Below, in pieces: positions 30,004 to 41,100 of a DNA stretch of 64,000 nucleotides (positions within the stretch are counted from its first letter, which is position 1; the number at the start of each line of letters is the position of its first letter). The stretch is from Coleofasciculus sp. B1-GNL1-01 (GTDB lineage: Bacteria > Cyanobacteriota > Cyanobacteriia > Cyanobacteriales > Coleofasciculaceae). The stretch lies in the NCBI GenBank assembly GCA_040220235.1, contig JAVJTO010000081.1, one strand, 5' to 3'. The position numbers and the translations under genes are program-made. The notes under the pieces were generated by a model, which saw only the letters and a program-made list of their open reading frames with translations, was not told where the DNA came from and ran no database searches.

Positions 30004-32802
30004 CTACACGGCTTGCGGTTGCACTTGCGGCTGGAATTGGAACAGGGAGTACACCACATTGCGGCGGATGTCAATCATCATTTCCAAGAAGGTTTCATAG
30101 CCTTCTTGCTTATACTCAATCAGTGGGTCTTTCTGTCCATACCCCCGTAACCCCACTGATTCGCGCAACGCATCCATCGACTGCAAATGTTCCCGCCATA
30201 GGGTATCAATTTGCTGCAAGATGAAGAATCGTTCTGCTTGTCGCATCAATCCCGGTTGAATTTGATCGATTTGGGCTTCTTTAATGTCATACGCTTTGCG
30301 GACTTCTTCATGTAAGAAGGTTTTAATCTCCGTGACTGTCATATCATCGAGATGCTCTGGCTTGAGATCTTGCAACAAATAGACAAATTCTTGTACCTTA
30401 GACACCAAGCTGCCTAAATCCCATTCTTCCGGCGGCAAATCTGGGTTGACGTAGGCGTCTACGATATCATCCATTGTCTTCTCCGCATATTGGATGACTT
30501 GTTCTTTAAGATCTAATCCTTCTAACACCCGACGACGTTCAGCATAAATTGCCCGCCGCTGATTATTCATCACCTCGTCATATTCAAATACCTGTTTCCG
30601 GGTGTCATAGTAGAAAGTTTCCACTTTTTTCTGCGCCCCTTCTAAGGAACGAGTCAGCATTCCGGATTCGATCGGCATATCTTCCTCAACTCGGAACGCA
30701 TTCATCATCCCCGCCACGCGATCGCCCCCGAAGATTCGCAGTAAGTTATCCTCTAAGCTGAGGAAAAACTTGGTTGAACCCGGGTCACCTTGGCGTCCCG
30801 CCCGTCCCCGGAGTTGGTTATCAATCCGGCGAGATTCGTGGCGTTCGGTACCAATGACGTGCAATCCGCCGATAGGCTCGGTGTTGATTACCTCATCATG
30901 TTCTTTATGAGTAAAGGCTTCATATTCCTTTCGCACCGCCCGACAAACCTCCCGCAGCTTTTGAATCACGGGGTCATCCGTCGGGGCATTTTCCGCCGCG
31001 ATCGCTATTTTTTCTTCAGCTTCTAATTCCGGTAGACTGCGTTCCCCATACTGCTGCACCGCAAACTTCACCGCCTCAATCAGCTTTTGCTCGGTTTCCG
31101 GAGACAACTGAGTCGGGTAAATCTGGGGACTTACCTTCCAAGTTTTCACTTTTTTACCGGGTGCAAACCCTTGGGCTTGGGAGCGTTTTCCGCTACCGGA
31201 TGCCATAGCCGCAAAAGAATCTTCTTCTTCGGGGATGACAATCTGCGGCATGAAATATTCCCGCACTTTCAGCCGCGACATATAATCCGCATTACCCCCT
31301 AAGATAATATCGGTACCACGTCCTGCCATGTTGGTGGCAATCGTCACCGCCCCTTTGCGCCCCGCTTGTGCCACAATTTCTGATTCCCGTTCCACGTTTT
31401 CGGGTCGGGCATTGAGCAGATTATGGGGTACGTCTAATTGGCTTAACAAACGCGAAAGCACTTCTGATTTTTCCACACTGGTTGTACCCACCAATACTGG
31501 GCGTCCTTGCTCATGCATGTCCGCACATTCTCGTGCCACCGCTTTCCATTTGGCTTCCTCAGTTTTATACACCACATCCGACATATCCCGCCGTCCGGGG
31601 GGCTTATTGGTGGGGATAATCGTGACTTGTAGGTTATAGATTTTTTCAAATTCGGCTTCTTCTGTTTTGGCTGTTCCGGTCATCCCGGCTAGCTTGGGAT
31701 AAAGCAAAAAGAAATTTTGATAGGTAATTGTAGCTAGGGTTTGGGTTTCTTTTTGAATCTCGACACCTTCTTTTGCCTCAATCGCCTGGTGCAGTCCATC
31801 ACTCCAACGCCGTCCCTGTAAGACCCGTCCGGTAAACTCATCGACGATGACCACTTCGTCGTTACGCACGATATAGTTTACGTCATTGGTAAACAGTTCC
31901 TTTGCCTTAATCGCGTTGAAGATATAGTGCGCCCACGGATTTTCCGGGTCATACAAATCCCCAACCTCTAGGAGTTTTTCCGCCTCGATAAAGCCTTCAT
32001 CGGTGAGAATGACATTACGCGCTTTTTCATCCACCTCGTAATGCTCTTCCGGCTGAAGCATTTTAGCGATTTGAGCCGCTTTCATATAGTTCTGGGTGGG
32101 GCGTTCCACCTGTCCGGAAATAATCAGGGGGGTGCGGGCTTCGTCAATGAGTACGGAGTCTACTTCGTCAATGATGCAGTAATTGAAGGGACGCTGCACC
32201 ACCTCATTCATTGAGGTTGCCATATTGTCCCGCAGGTAGTCAAAGCCCAACTCGCTGTTCGTGGCGTAGGTAATATCACAGGCATAGTTGCGCTGTCGTT
32301 CCGCAGGACCCATCCCTGACTGAATCAGTCCTACCGTTAATCCTAAGAAGCGGTGTACCTGTCCCATCCATTCCGCGTCCCGGCGTGCCAGGTAATCGTT
32401 GACGGTAACAATATGTACCCCTTTGCCACTTAGAGCGTTGAGATAAGCTGGGAGGGTGGATACAAGGGTTTTTCCCTCACCCGTTTTCATCTCCGCGATT
32501 TCTCCTCGGTGCAGCACCACGCCACCTAATAGCTGCACATCAAAATGGCGCATTCCCAAAACCCGCCATGCAGCTTCCCGCACTACGGCGAAGGCTTCGG
32601 GTAGGAGATCCTCTAACAGTTCTTCTCGCTCGCGATCGGTTGTCGCTTTTTCAAGCTGCTGCTTGAATTCTGCGGTTTTCCCTTGGAGTTGCTCATCGGA
32701 GAGCGATCGGATATCTTCTTCCAGAACGTTGATATCGGCAACGAACGGTTGGTATCTTTTAAGTTTGCGGGTGTTTGGATCGCCAAGTAAGTTTTTTAAC
32801 AT
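30004..32802 (-). CDS. secA: Preprotein translocase subunit SecA
   Basis: [39 protein letters not shown] and QKDPLIEYK. Confidence 0.99.
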   Translation of the reverse strand: MLKNLLGDPNTRKLKRYQPFVADINVLEEDIRSLSDEQLQGKTAEFKQQLEKATTDREREELLEDLLPEAFAVVREAAWRVLGMRHFDVQLLGGVVLHRGEIAEMKTGEGKTLVSTLPAYLNALSGKGVHIVTVNDYLARRDAEWMGQVHRFLGLTVGLIQSGMGPAERQRNYACDITYATNSELGFDYLRDNMATSMNEVVQRPFNYCIIDEVDSVLIDEARTPLIISGQVERPTQNYMKAAQIAKMLQPEEHYEVDEKARNVILTDEGFIEAEKLLEVGDLYDPENPWAHYIFNAIKAKELFTNDVNYIVRNDEVVIVDEFTGRVLQGRRWSDGLHQAIEAKEGVEIQKETQTLATITYQNFFLLYPKLAGMTGTAKTEEAEFEKIYNLQVTIIPTNKPPGRRDMSDVVYKTEEAKWKAVARECADMHEQGRPVLVGTTSVEKSEVLSRLLSQLDVPHNLLNARPENVERESEIVAQAGRKGAVTIATNMAGRGTDIILGGNADYMSRLKVREYFMPQIVIPEEEDSFAAMASGSGKRSQAQGFAPGKKVKTWKVSPQIYPTQLSPETEQKLIEAVKFAVQQYGERSLPELEAEEKIAIAAENAPTDDPVIQKLREVCRAVRKEYEAFTHKEHDEVINTEPIGGLHVIGTERHESRRIDNQLRGRAGRQGDPGSTKFFLSLEDNLLRIFGGDRVAGMMNAFRVEEDMPIESGMLTRSLEGAQKKVETFYYDTRKQVFEYDEVMNNQRRAIYAERRRVLEGLDLKEQVIQYAEKTMDDIVDAYVNPDLPPEEWDLGSLVSKVQEFVYLLQDLKPEHLDDMTVTEIKTFLHEEVRKAYDIKEAQIDQIQPGLMRQAERFFILQQIDTLWREHLQSMDALRESVGLRGYGQKDPLIEYKQEGYETFLEMMIDIRRNVVYSLFQFQPQVQPQAV

Positions 32803-33012
32803 AGCAGGAGAGGGATACGTCTAATCGCGCTTTGTCTAGGGTTAAGGTTAGACACTCAAGACTAAGGGCATGAATAGGGGAGTCAGCGTTCACAGGCAAT
32901 CTTGCACGAGTCCTAGTGGCTAACGGCTAACCCATGATAAACCACCGCTTAGGGCGGCATTTTTATGATCATCCTACCATTTTTACTCAGATTGAGGGGC
33001 GCTTCGTCCTTC

Positions 33013-33960
33013 CTACTGGCGATCCTCCAACCAACTGGCTAAATCGGGTAAACTTTGAAAATCGAAAATTTCTTCAGTTAACCGTTCCAAATCGCTCAAC
33101 GGTAATTCTTCAATTTTGCGGCTGATTGCCAAGGGAATTTCGCCAAAACGCTTCAGAATTAGACGCGCTACTAGAGTTTTGCTCTGTTGTAGTCGCCCTT
33201 CTTCCCTACCTTCTTGTCTACCTTCTTCTTTGCCTTCTTTTTTTCCTTTTTCTTCAGCATAAGCAAGCCGCCCTTTTTCATCTTGCAACATCATGCCTCG
33301 CCGATCAACCACCTCCAATTCTTCTACCGTCATTGTGGCTTGGTTAGCAAGGTTTAAAGCAAGTTCTATCTCTGAAACTTCCCCTAAATTATCAGGGACA
33401 CTCTCCAAACTCGCTGCTTCTTTCAGGAAATAAATCCATTTATCGGTTAAACTCTGTAGTTCAGACAAGGTTTTATTGAATTTGGGAAGTTCGACAAAGA
33501 TGAGCTGTAATTCACCATCGAGAAGCTCAAATTTTTGGGTTTTCTCTTGAAAGACAAATTGATTAATTACCTGCTCTGTGTTGGCAAACAAGATAAAATC
33601 AGTAATTGTTACGGCAATTGCTGGATTCAGGAAAGGATAATCATCGCCTGTTTTTAACTGGTTACTATAGGCTTTTGCCAAGTTATAAGCTACCCGCTTG
33701 TTAAAGGCAGTCATTGGCGCTATTTGCATTTCAATGACTACAATAGACCCATCCGCTAAAACAGCTTTTACATCTAAATACGTTTCTTTTAAGGTCATCA
33801 CCTGACCCGGATTATAGGGATTAACAATTGTTAGAGATTGAATGATTTTTTCTTCGTTATAAATTATTGCATTGAGAAAACTGATTAAAATCTCTTGGCT
33901 TTGTTCGGAACCAAATATTTTTTTAAAGGCATAATCGATCTTGGGACTAATAAACCTCAT
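33013..33960 (-). CDS. Rpn family PD-(D/E)XK nuclease/putative transposase with DUF4351-like tail
   Basis: PK.DYAFKKIFG, LDV, IEMQ, FVELPKF, (EG..)n repeats and KRFG...L.L..LE.L. Confidence 0.9.
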   Translation of the reverse strand: MRFISPKIDYAFKKIFGSEQSQEILISFLNAIIYNEEKIIQSLTIVNPYNPGQVMTLKETYLDVKAVLADGSIVVIEMQIAPMTAFNKRVAYNLAKAYSNQLKTGDDYPFLNPAIAVTITDFILFANTEQVINQFVFQEKTQKFELLDGELQLIFVELPKFNKTLSELQSLTDKWIYFLKEAASLESVPDNLGEVSEIELALNLANQATMTVEELEVVDRRGMMLQDEKGRLAYAEEKGKKEGKEEGRQEGREEGRLQQSKTLVARLILKRFGEIPLAISRKIEELPLSDLERLTEEIFDFQSLPDLASWLEDRQ

Positions 33961-34069
33961 TTTAGGTCTCCCGTTTCAGTATAAATAGATGGAATAGAGT
34001 CCGATCCTAGCACAGCGATCGCCCCGTCTTCTATTTACTAAAAAGTGATAATTTTGTTGAGGTGATACA

Positions 34070-34561
34070 TCAAACAATTTCCAACTCTAAATTGTGACTT
34101 TTCAGGAAATTATGAGTAAAGTGGTCAACCTCATTTGTGTCACTCAGTTCCAAATTATAGAAATCGACAACATCATGTTCAAAATAGGGACCGGCGTGCC
34201 AAGTTCCTAGTCCTAACTTGATGAAACAGTTTCCGGGAATTCGAAAAACTTTAATTTCATCAATTGCAGGTTGGTTCTGTTCACAAGCAGGTGCAACCGC
34301 CATCCACCAGTCTTTCCCTTCCAGAGAACCCAAACATTGGGTACAGTGCTGATGGCGCGTGATTTTGTGAAATTTGCGACCTCTGTGATACAAGCGCATG
34401 ATGTAAAAGCGGGGAGTACCGTTGTGCAGAACTAATTGTGCATCTTTTGCATCATAGGGTTTATCATCGGCTGTCGGCGTGATTAATTGACCGAAGGGTT
34501 GAAAGCGTTCGGCGCTAATTTCTTCTACTGAAAGCTGTTTCACTGAAATGGTGCGATTCAT
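34070..34561 (-). CDS. Ureidoglycolate lyase family protein
   Basis: F.PFGQ, G.PRFYIM, ITRH..CTQCLGS, GTWHAGP and NLEL.DTN..DH. Confidence 0.85.
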   Translation of the reverse strand: MNRTISVKQLSVEEISAERFQPFGQLITPTADDKPYDAKDAQLVLHNGTPRFYIMRLYHRGRKFHKITRHQHCTQCLGSLEGKDWWMAVAPACEQNQPAIDEIKVFRIPGNCFIKLGLGTWHAGPYFEHDVVDFYNLELSDTNEVDHFTHNFLKSHNLELEIV

Positions 34562-34595
34562 GACAGATATCGATAGTGCAACACAAAGCTTACTG

Positions 34596-35231
34596 CTATT
34601 TTGTCCCAAACAGGCGATCGCCTGCATCCCCAAGTCCGGGCAAAATATAACCATGCTCGTCTAAGCTTTCATCAATCGCGGCGGTATACAGAGGGACTTC
34701 CGGATGATGATCATGGAAATTGGCGATTCCCTCCGGTGCAGCTAGCAAGCACAAAAACTTGATGGACAAGGGAATAAAATCCTTCACCCGATCCACGGCG
34801 GCTACGGCTGTATTCCCTGTAGCCACCATGGGATCAACAACCAAGATGTCTCGGTGTTCAATATCATGAGGCAGTTTGCAATAATATTCAATCGGAATCC
34901 GAGTCGTTGGATCGCGATACAAGCCAATATGCCCTAAGCGGGCGGAAGGGATCAGTTCTAAGATTCCATCAACCAGCCCTTGTCCTGCCCGCATAATCGA
35001 AACAATCACCATTTTCTTATCTGAAGCCAGCATGGGAGCGTGCATGGGAGTCAGGGGTGTTTTAATCGCTGCGTATTTAAGCGGTAAGTCCCGCGTTACC
35101 TCGTAAGCCAGTAAGCCGCCAACTTCTTTCATCAGTTGACGAAATTTAGCCGTACTGGTGTCTGCCTGACGCATAAGGGTTAGCTTGTGCTGTACGAATG
35201 GGTGATCGATTACTGTAACTTGAGGGATCAT
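34596..35231 (-). CDS. upp: Uracil phosphoribosyltransferase
   Basis: HKLT.MR, MRAG.G, DPM.ATG.T and [17 protein letters not shown]. Confidence 0.97.
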   Translation of the reverse strand: MIPQVTVIDHPFVQHKLTLMRQADTSTAKFRQLMKEVGGLLAYEVTRDLPLKYAAIKTPLTPMHAPMLASDKKMVIVSIMRAGQGLVDGILELIPSARLGHIGLYRDPTTRIPIEYYCKLPHDIEHRDILVVDPMVATGNTAVAAVDRVKDFIPLSIKFLCLLAAPEGIANFHDHHPEVPLYTAAIDESLDEHGYILPGLGDAGDRLFGTK

Positions 35232-35557
35232 CTGTTAATAGTAGACAGCTTTTTATCTGTATAAAAGTTAATCTTCCTGAGAGTATACCACTCCTGTTGC
35301 CAAATCACAGCAAAGAAAGTAACATAACCTAAAATACAGTTGCAAAATGGATTTAAGTCATTTTTGCAACTGCCAAAATAAAAACAATATAACAGTGAGA
35401 CTATTAGCCTATTTTAGAATAGCAAAGTCAATGGGTAACGTCATAGTTGGTGAGCAATGAACTCAAACTCTTATCCAGTCATCTAAAGACGACTGGATCT
35501 TGGGAGTCCTGGGATTTTAACCCAAAGCTATTGGAGAGACTGATGCAAGATGCGAGT

Positions 35558-35801
35558 TATATCGCACTACGCACTAAGGTTAGGACATAAAAGAAAAATT
35601 AAAATCGCTCAACACCGAGCGAAGCCGAGGTGTTAACCCTGAGCGACTTGTACCGAGCGTGTTACTGAGCGTGTTACCGAGCGAAGCCGAGGTAAGCCGA
35701 AGTAAGTCGAGGTAAGTCGAAGGGTCAATCCCTTGTAAGGTAAGCTTTTTTCTTCACTATTGCCTATTGCCTATTGCCTATTCCCTGGCGCGTAGCGCTA
35801 T
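35558..35801. mobile_element. MITE-like element containing nested micro-repeats and (TATTGCC)n
   Basis: Imperfect terminal inverted repeats (TATATCGCACTACGCAC ... GCGCGTAGCGCTATA); the right end supplies the stop codon of the response regulator. Confidence 0.55.
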
Positions 35802-36223
35802 ACTTTTGATGCAGAAGAGGGAGAAGGGATCTCCGTTAACACTCGCTTCACCATGCTGATAAACTCCTCCAATACATAAGGTTTTGTTACATAAAGATTC
35901 GCTCCTAGACGTATACCACGTTCAATATCTCTGGGTTCAGATTTTGCTGTCAAAAAAATAAACGGAGTTTGGCGACCAAAACGGCGCAGTTGTGATAAGA
36001 CGGTATACCCATCAAATCCGGGCATATTAATGTCGCAAATAATTAATTCTGGATTCAGACATAAGCTGAAATTGATGCCACTTGATCCGTTATCTGTGGC
36101 AATGACATCATAGCCATTGGCGGGATTATATCCTTCCATTGCTAAAATTTCAGATAAATTATCCCGTAGGCTTATGTCATCTTCAATGATTAGAATTCTT
36201 CGCATTGTCTCGCCTATTTCCAT
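35798..36223 (-). CDS. Single-domain response regulator (receiver)
   Basis: ILIIEDD, LIICDINMP..DG, FIFLTA and YVTKP. Confidence 0.92.
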   Translation of the reverse strand: MEIGETMRRILIIEDDISLRDNLSEILAMEGYNPANGYDVIATDNGSSGINFSLCLNPELIICDINMPGFDGYTVLSQLRRFGRQTPFIFLTAKSEPRDIERGIRLGANLYVTKPYVLEEFISMVKRVLTEIPSPSSASKV

Positions 36224-36623
36224 ACTGGCATTTGAGTTGGATTGAATTAGGTTATCTTTCTTTATTGTTCCCTAACAATTGAGAGTTTACATCCGTGAAT
36301 TCTCTGGTTTTTTCAAGCTTTCGGGAAAACTAGACCTTGCTTATCGTTGGGGAACTCTCTCCTAGAATTTACCGATCGCTATCCTTATAAAGATTTGCAA
36401 ACAAAACTTGACGCCAGCGAGTTGATCAGTGAAACTACAGACAAGAGCGTAATACAGTGTAAACAGCCGTATTACGTAAGTTGTGGTTAACTCCAAAGGC
36501 TGATTTATCCTCCAATGAGCCGGAAGCTGGGATGGAACAGCACGTCTTGCCCAGAAATACTGTCCCCATCCAAGCAACCCGCGAGATGGACGGATTGAGC
36601 CTATTGATGAAGGATAACCTCTG

Positions 36624-37565
36624 CTATACCGTTTGCACCTCCTCAATCATTTCTAGTGTGTCTCCCTTTTGGTGTCCGGTATGGTAAGCAGCAAGGAGAA
36701 TTTGGCTGGTTTTTCCGCAGGCGATCGCCCCCCTAGCGTCAATGGCGATCGCACCTAAATCCCGCTGATTCTCCTTTGCTTCTTTTATGGAACGTTCCAT
36801 GGCTTCGGCTAAGGATAAGCCGTCGGTGACACGCACCACCACCCGTGCAGCGAAGCATTCATCAATAATATCTTCCCCAATTCCGGTACAGCTTACCCCA
36901 GCGTTTAGGTTAGCGTAATTCCCCGCAGGCATGGCTGAGTCGCTGACTCGACCAATGCGTTCAAATCCCTTCCCTCCGGTGGATGTACCCGCCGCCAAGC
37001 CGCCCTGACTATCTAATGCCACAACTCCAATTGTGCCACGTCCGGCTTCCGAAGAAAGGAGTTCGGGTTCGCTAACCACATCCGCCATCGTCCGTTCAAA
37101 GTTGTCCTGTCTATCCTGTAACCATTCCTGTAATCGCTTCTCAGTCAACGGGTTGTAAATCGGTGCATTCACTTCCCGCACCAATTCCGCCGCCCCAAAA
37201 TCCGAGAGAATGCGATCGGGACAATCTTGCAAAATCTTCGCCAAATCGATGGGATTTTTAACCCGCGAGACATTAATCACACCGCTAAAGCGTTGAGGTT
37301 TACCATCCATCAGTGACGCACTCATGCGAATCTGTCCATCGGATTGTAATACCGAACCCGTTCCGGCATTATAGCGAGGTTCGTCTTCTAGGAGTTGACA
37401 GCCTCGAATCACCGCTTCACGGGCGTTTACACCCGATGATAACAGGGCATAGACATCATCAAGTATTGTATAAAGCGAATCGCGCACCGCTTGGGTGGCG
37501 TCTTTGGTTTTCAGGGCGCTTCCGGCACCACCATGAATAATTAATTTGGGTTGCATTGAATTCAC
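36624..37565 (-). CDS. Isoaspartyl peptidase/L-asparaginase (Ntn hydrolase)
   Basis: IIHGGAG, NAG.GS, GTIGVVALD, TSTGG, GRVSDS and SCTG.GE. Confidence 0.93.
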   Translation of the reverse strand: MNSMQPKLIIHGGAGSALKTKDATQAVRDSLYTILDDVYALLSSGVNAREAVIRGCQLLEDEPRYNAGTGSVLQSDGQIRMSASLMDGKPQRFSGVINVSRVKNPIDLAKILQDCPDRILSDFGAAELVREVNAPIYNPLTEKRLQEWLQDRQDNFERTMADVVSEPELLSSEAGRGTIGVVALDSQGGLAAGTSTGGKGFERIGRVSDSAMPAGNYANLNAGVSCTGIGEDIIDECFAARVVVRVTDGLSLAEAMERSIKEAKENQRDLGAIAIDARGAIACGKTSQILLAAYHTGHQKGDTLEMIEEVQTV

Positions 37566-37579
37566 GAACTCCTTTACAG

Positions 37580-37732
37580 TTAACAGGCTTGGGATTTGCG
37601 TCGGCGGCAGCGTTCTGAGCAGAACTTTACATTATCCCAGCATTTCGCCCATTTTTTGCGCCAAGTGAAAGGACGTTCGCAGACGGGGCAGATTTTGGTC
37701 GGTAGATCTGACTTAGAGCGTACTCGTGCCAT
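37580..37732 (-). CDS. DUF2256 family small zinc-finger protein (absent from the ORF track)
   Basis: Manual translation [50 protein letters not shown], 50 aa. Confidence 0.9.
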   Translation of the reverse strand: MARVRSKSDLPTKICPVCERPFTWRKKWAKCWDNVKFCSERCRRRKSQAC

Positions 37733-37804
37733 GTTACGTGAAGGAGTAGTTAACTCTTCAATCGTAAAAAACGGTTAATTCTCTTGTCAAAGTAAACCGC
37801 CATC

Positions 37805-37958
37805 GTGGGTTAGGCGGAACTTGATTTGGGAAAATATCATTTAATGGACTATCCGCCGTAACCCACCAATAATTAATTTCCCAAGACACCGTAGGGTGGG
37901 TTAGGTGGAACTTAATTCGGGAAAATATCATTTAATAGACTATCCACCGTAACCCACC
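37805..37958. repeat. Tandem pair of ~63-bp REP-like hairpins
   Basis: GTGGGTTAGG(C/T)GGA...TCC(G/A)CCGTAACCCAC at 37805 and 37896. Confidence 0.8.
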
Positions 37959-38120
37959 AAAGCATTGAATAACGGTGCGTTAGCAAAGCGTAACGCACCC
38001 TACAATTGAGTGGGATTGAAAATGATGCCAAATAACCTGTAGGGGCGACCCGCCTGCATTAATTAACAACTCCAATCCCTTCAATAAAATCGGGTCGCCC
38101 TCAAACTTTGATGCCAGACG

Positions 38121-41100
38121 TTAGGCAACAGTTAAATCAACCTGGAAGGTGAAATCATTAAAATCTTCGTCACCACCTCCATACAAATCTTCAAAGCCAA
38201 AGGTGTTATCACCCAAGAGGCGAATGTGGTCAACCCCATCAGGATTCGCACCTAAATGGGCAAAGTAGGCAATGGGTTCTCCATAACCCAGGTACTGATT
38301 GTTAGAATTCTCGGCAAGCCATTCCTCCGTGGTGCCATTGGCGATAATGTAAGGCGCCAGCAGACTTCCTCCCTCTAATTGGGTGTCAAACGTCGCCATC
38401 CCCCGATTTACATCACTAACCACCGATTGAGCAAGGGCGGCTTGGGCATAACCTTCGTCTTCTGGGTAAATCAGTTGACCCGTCATTGGATCTTCAACTG
38501 CTCCCTCTTCATTTTCAATCACATACAAGCCGACGGAATTATCGAAACCAGCATGACTCTTGATCTCGATAAAATTCGCGTCTACCGGACTGCTTTGTCC
38601 ACGTAAATCAATGAGTTCTCGTTCTCCTTGTAATTGAGTTCCTAACGCAGGTAATTCGTTCGTCGATTCAACCATTAGAGTCAGAGTATCGTTACCTTCT
38701 GCCATTGGGTTTTGCCAATTGAGAGTAAACTGATTGTTCTCTCCATTCAATACCTCAAAATAATCCGTATTGTTGGCATTAGCGCTGGGAAGACTAAACC
38801 AGACATTACTTGGCGTTTGTCCTGAATCTAATGCGGCTTGGACATTATCCGTTGTGCTGTTTTGCACCAGATAAAATCCCAGATTGGAAGTCGTCTCACC
38901 GAAAACTTGCTCCACATCCAAAATCCGAGTTAGGTTATCGCCAGCAAAATTATTGGGCAAACTGGAGAACAGAACGTTCCCTTCATCCAAAGCGGCTTGC
39001 AGATAACCAGTTTCTCCGGGTTTAATCCCATTAATCTTCCCAGCCGCATTATCCACTTCAAAAATGCCAACTTCACTGACAAAGGATGAGTTATTACCCG
39101 TAAGCGTGAACAGGAGTTTATCGGCTGGAGATTTGCCATTGAGAAACAACAGATCATTTTTGAAGTTGAGTTTAGGTTTGGCATTGCCATTATTCCTTGT
39201 TCCCCGATTGACCGTTAAGTCAAAGTCATCACTGATTTCCCCGCCATTACCATCATTAACGGTGAGAGTAATCGAGTTAGTACCGATGGCTTTGTTGCGG
39301 GGAGTACCACTAATTACACCCGTTTCCGGATTCAGGTTTAATCCTTTGGGTAAACCCGTAGCCGAGAAGGTGAGAGTGTCGCCATCAGGATCAGTGAAAT
39401 AGTCACTGATGTCTAGACTGTAAACTTCTTTGGTCTGAGCCGTTTGGTCAGCGATAGGAGAGACTAAGGTAGGGTCATTGTTAACTACAGGTGCAGGAGT
39501 AATATCTAACTCAAACTCATCAGTTTTTGTACCCCCTTGCCCATCTGATGCTGTGACAAAAATATTCAGTGTTTCATCTCCACTGTCTGGTGTACCGCTA
39601 AATGTACCAGCTTGTGAGTCAAAGGTTAACCAGGAAGGAAGATCATTTCCATCTGCTAATGTGGCGCTGTAGGTTAAATTATCGCCATCCGCATCATTAA
39701 AGTTATTGGTGATATCCAAACTGAAGGAGTCTTCTGCCTCAACCGTTTGGTCAGCAATAGGCGAGACTAAAGTGGGGTCATTGTTGACTACAGGTGCAGG
39801 AGTGATATCTAACTCAAACTCATCGGTTTGTGTACCTCCTTGTCCATCTGATGCTGTGACCAAGATATTTACTGTTTCATCACCTGTGTCTGGTGTACCG
39901 CTGAATGTGCCAGTTTGTGAGTCAAAGGTTAACCAGGAAGGAAGGTCATTTCCATCTGCTAATGTGGCGCTGTAGGTTAAATTATCGCCATCAGCATCAG
40001 TAAAGTTATTGGTGATATCCAAACTGAAGGAGTCTTCTGCCTCAACCGTTTGGTCAGCGATGGGAGAAACTAAGGTGGGGTCATTGTTCACTACAGGTGC
40101 GGGAGTGATATCTAACTCAAACCCATCAGTTTTTGTACCCCCTTGTCCATCTGAAGCTGTGACCAAAATATTTAGTTGAGTTTCATCACCTGTGTCTGGT
40201 GTACCGCTGAATCTACCTGTCTGTGAGTCAAAGGTTAACCAGGAAGGCAGAGTATTTCCATCTTCTAAAGTGGCGCTGTAGGTTAAATTATCGCCATCAG
40301 CATCACTAAAGTTATTGGTGATATCCAAACTGAAAGAGTCTTCTACCTCAACCGTTTGGTCAGCAATAGCGGTGACTAATAGCGGGTCATTATTCGTCAC
40401 CTCACCGCCACCAATTAAGCCGGAATCTTCAAAGAAAGCCCCTGCTGTTACCTCAGGATTTCCCACAGTATGCGTCGGAACCGGACCCCCGTTATCCTGC
40501 AATGGACTCAATTGGGCATCGATTATTCTAATTGTGGCAGTCGCATTGTAATCGTTCCAGTTATTGGTAGCTTTCGGTGGATATTGGACATTCCCACCCT
40601 TGTCAGTTAATTCCTTATTCGTGTGTTGCTGAATCCCCCAATCATTTGTGCCATTATCGGCTGTATTCTCGTAAAAGATGGTATTCTTGACGCTGACATC
40701 GGCATTCTTGCTAGCCGATACTCCACCACCAACCCAGCTCGCGTTATTGTAAGCAATAGTCGAGTCAATAATTTCCGTGGGACTGTACAATGTCATTCCA
40801 CCGCCGACACTTCCTGATGTATCGCCTGTGGTTTGATTACCCGAAAACGTGCTGTTAATTATTTTCGTTGGGGCATCATACGTCCATAAACCACCACCCT
40901 GATTGGCTGCTGTATTATTGGCAAAAGTTGTGTCACGAACAACTAATCCTTTGTTGAGTCCATTGCTGAGTTGGACAACGGCACCTCCGTTCCCTTTATT
41001 TCCGCCATTGGGGAGTGCTAAAACTTCGTTATTTTCAAAGAGACTGCCTTCAATAATTACATTGTCCTGAGTCCCCGTGTAGAGATAAGCCGCACCGCCT

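Noticed and set aside
33013..33960. Active insertion sequence
   Set aside because: Rpn-family gene with no terminal inverted repeats or target duplication seen
37805..37958. CRISPR array
   Set aside because: Only two ~63-bp units, no cas genes, and GTAG REP ends
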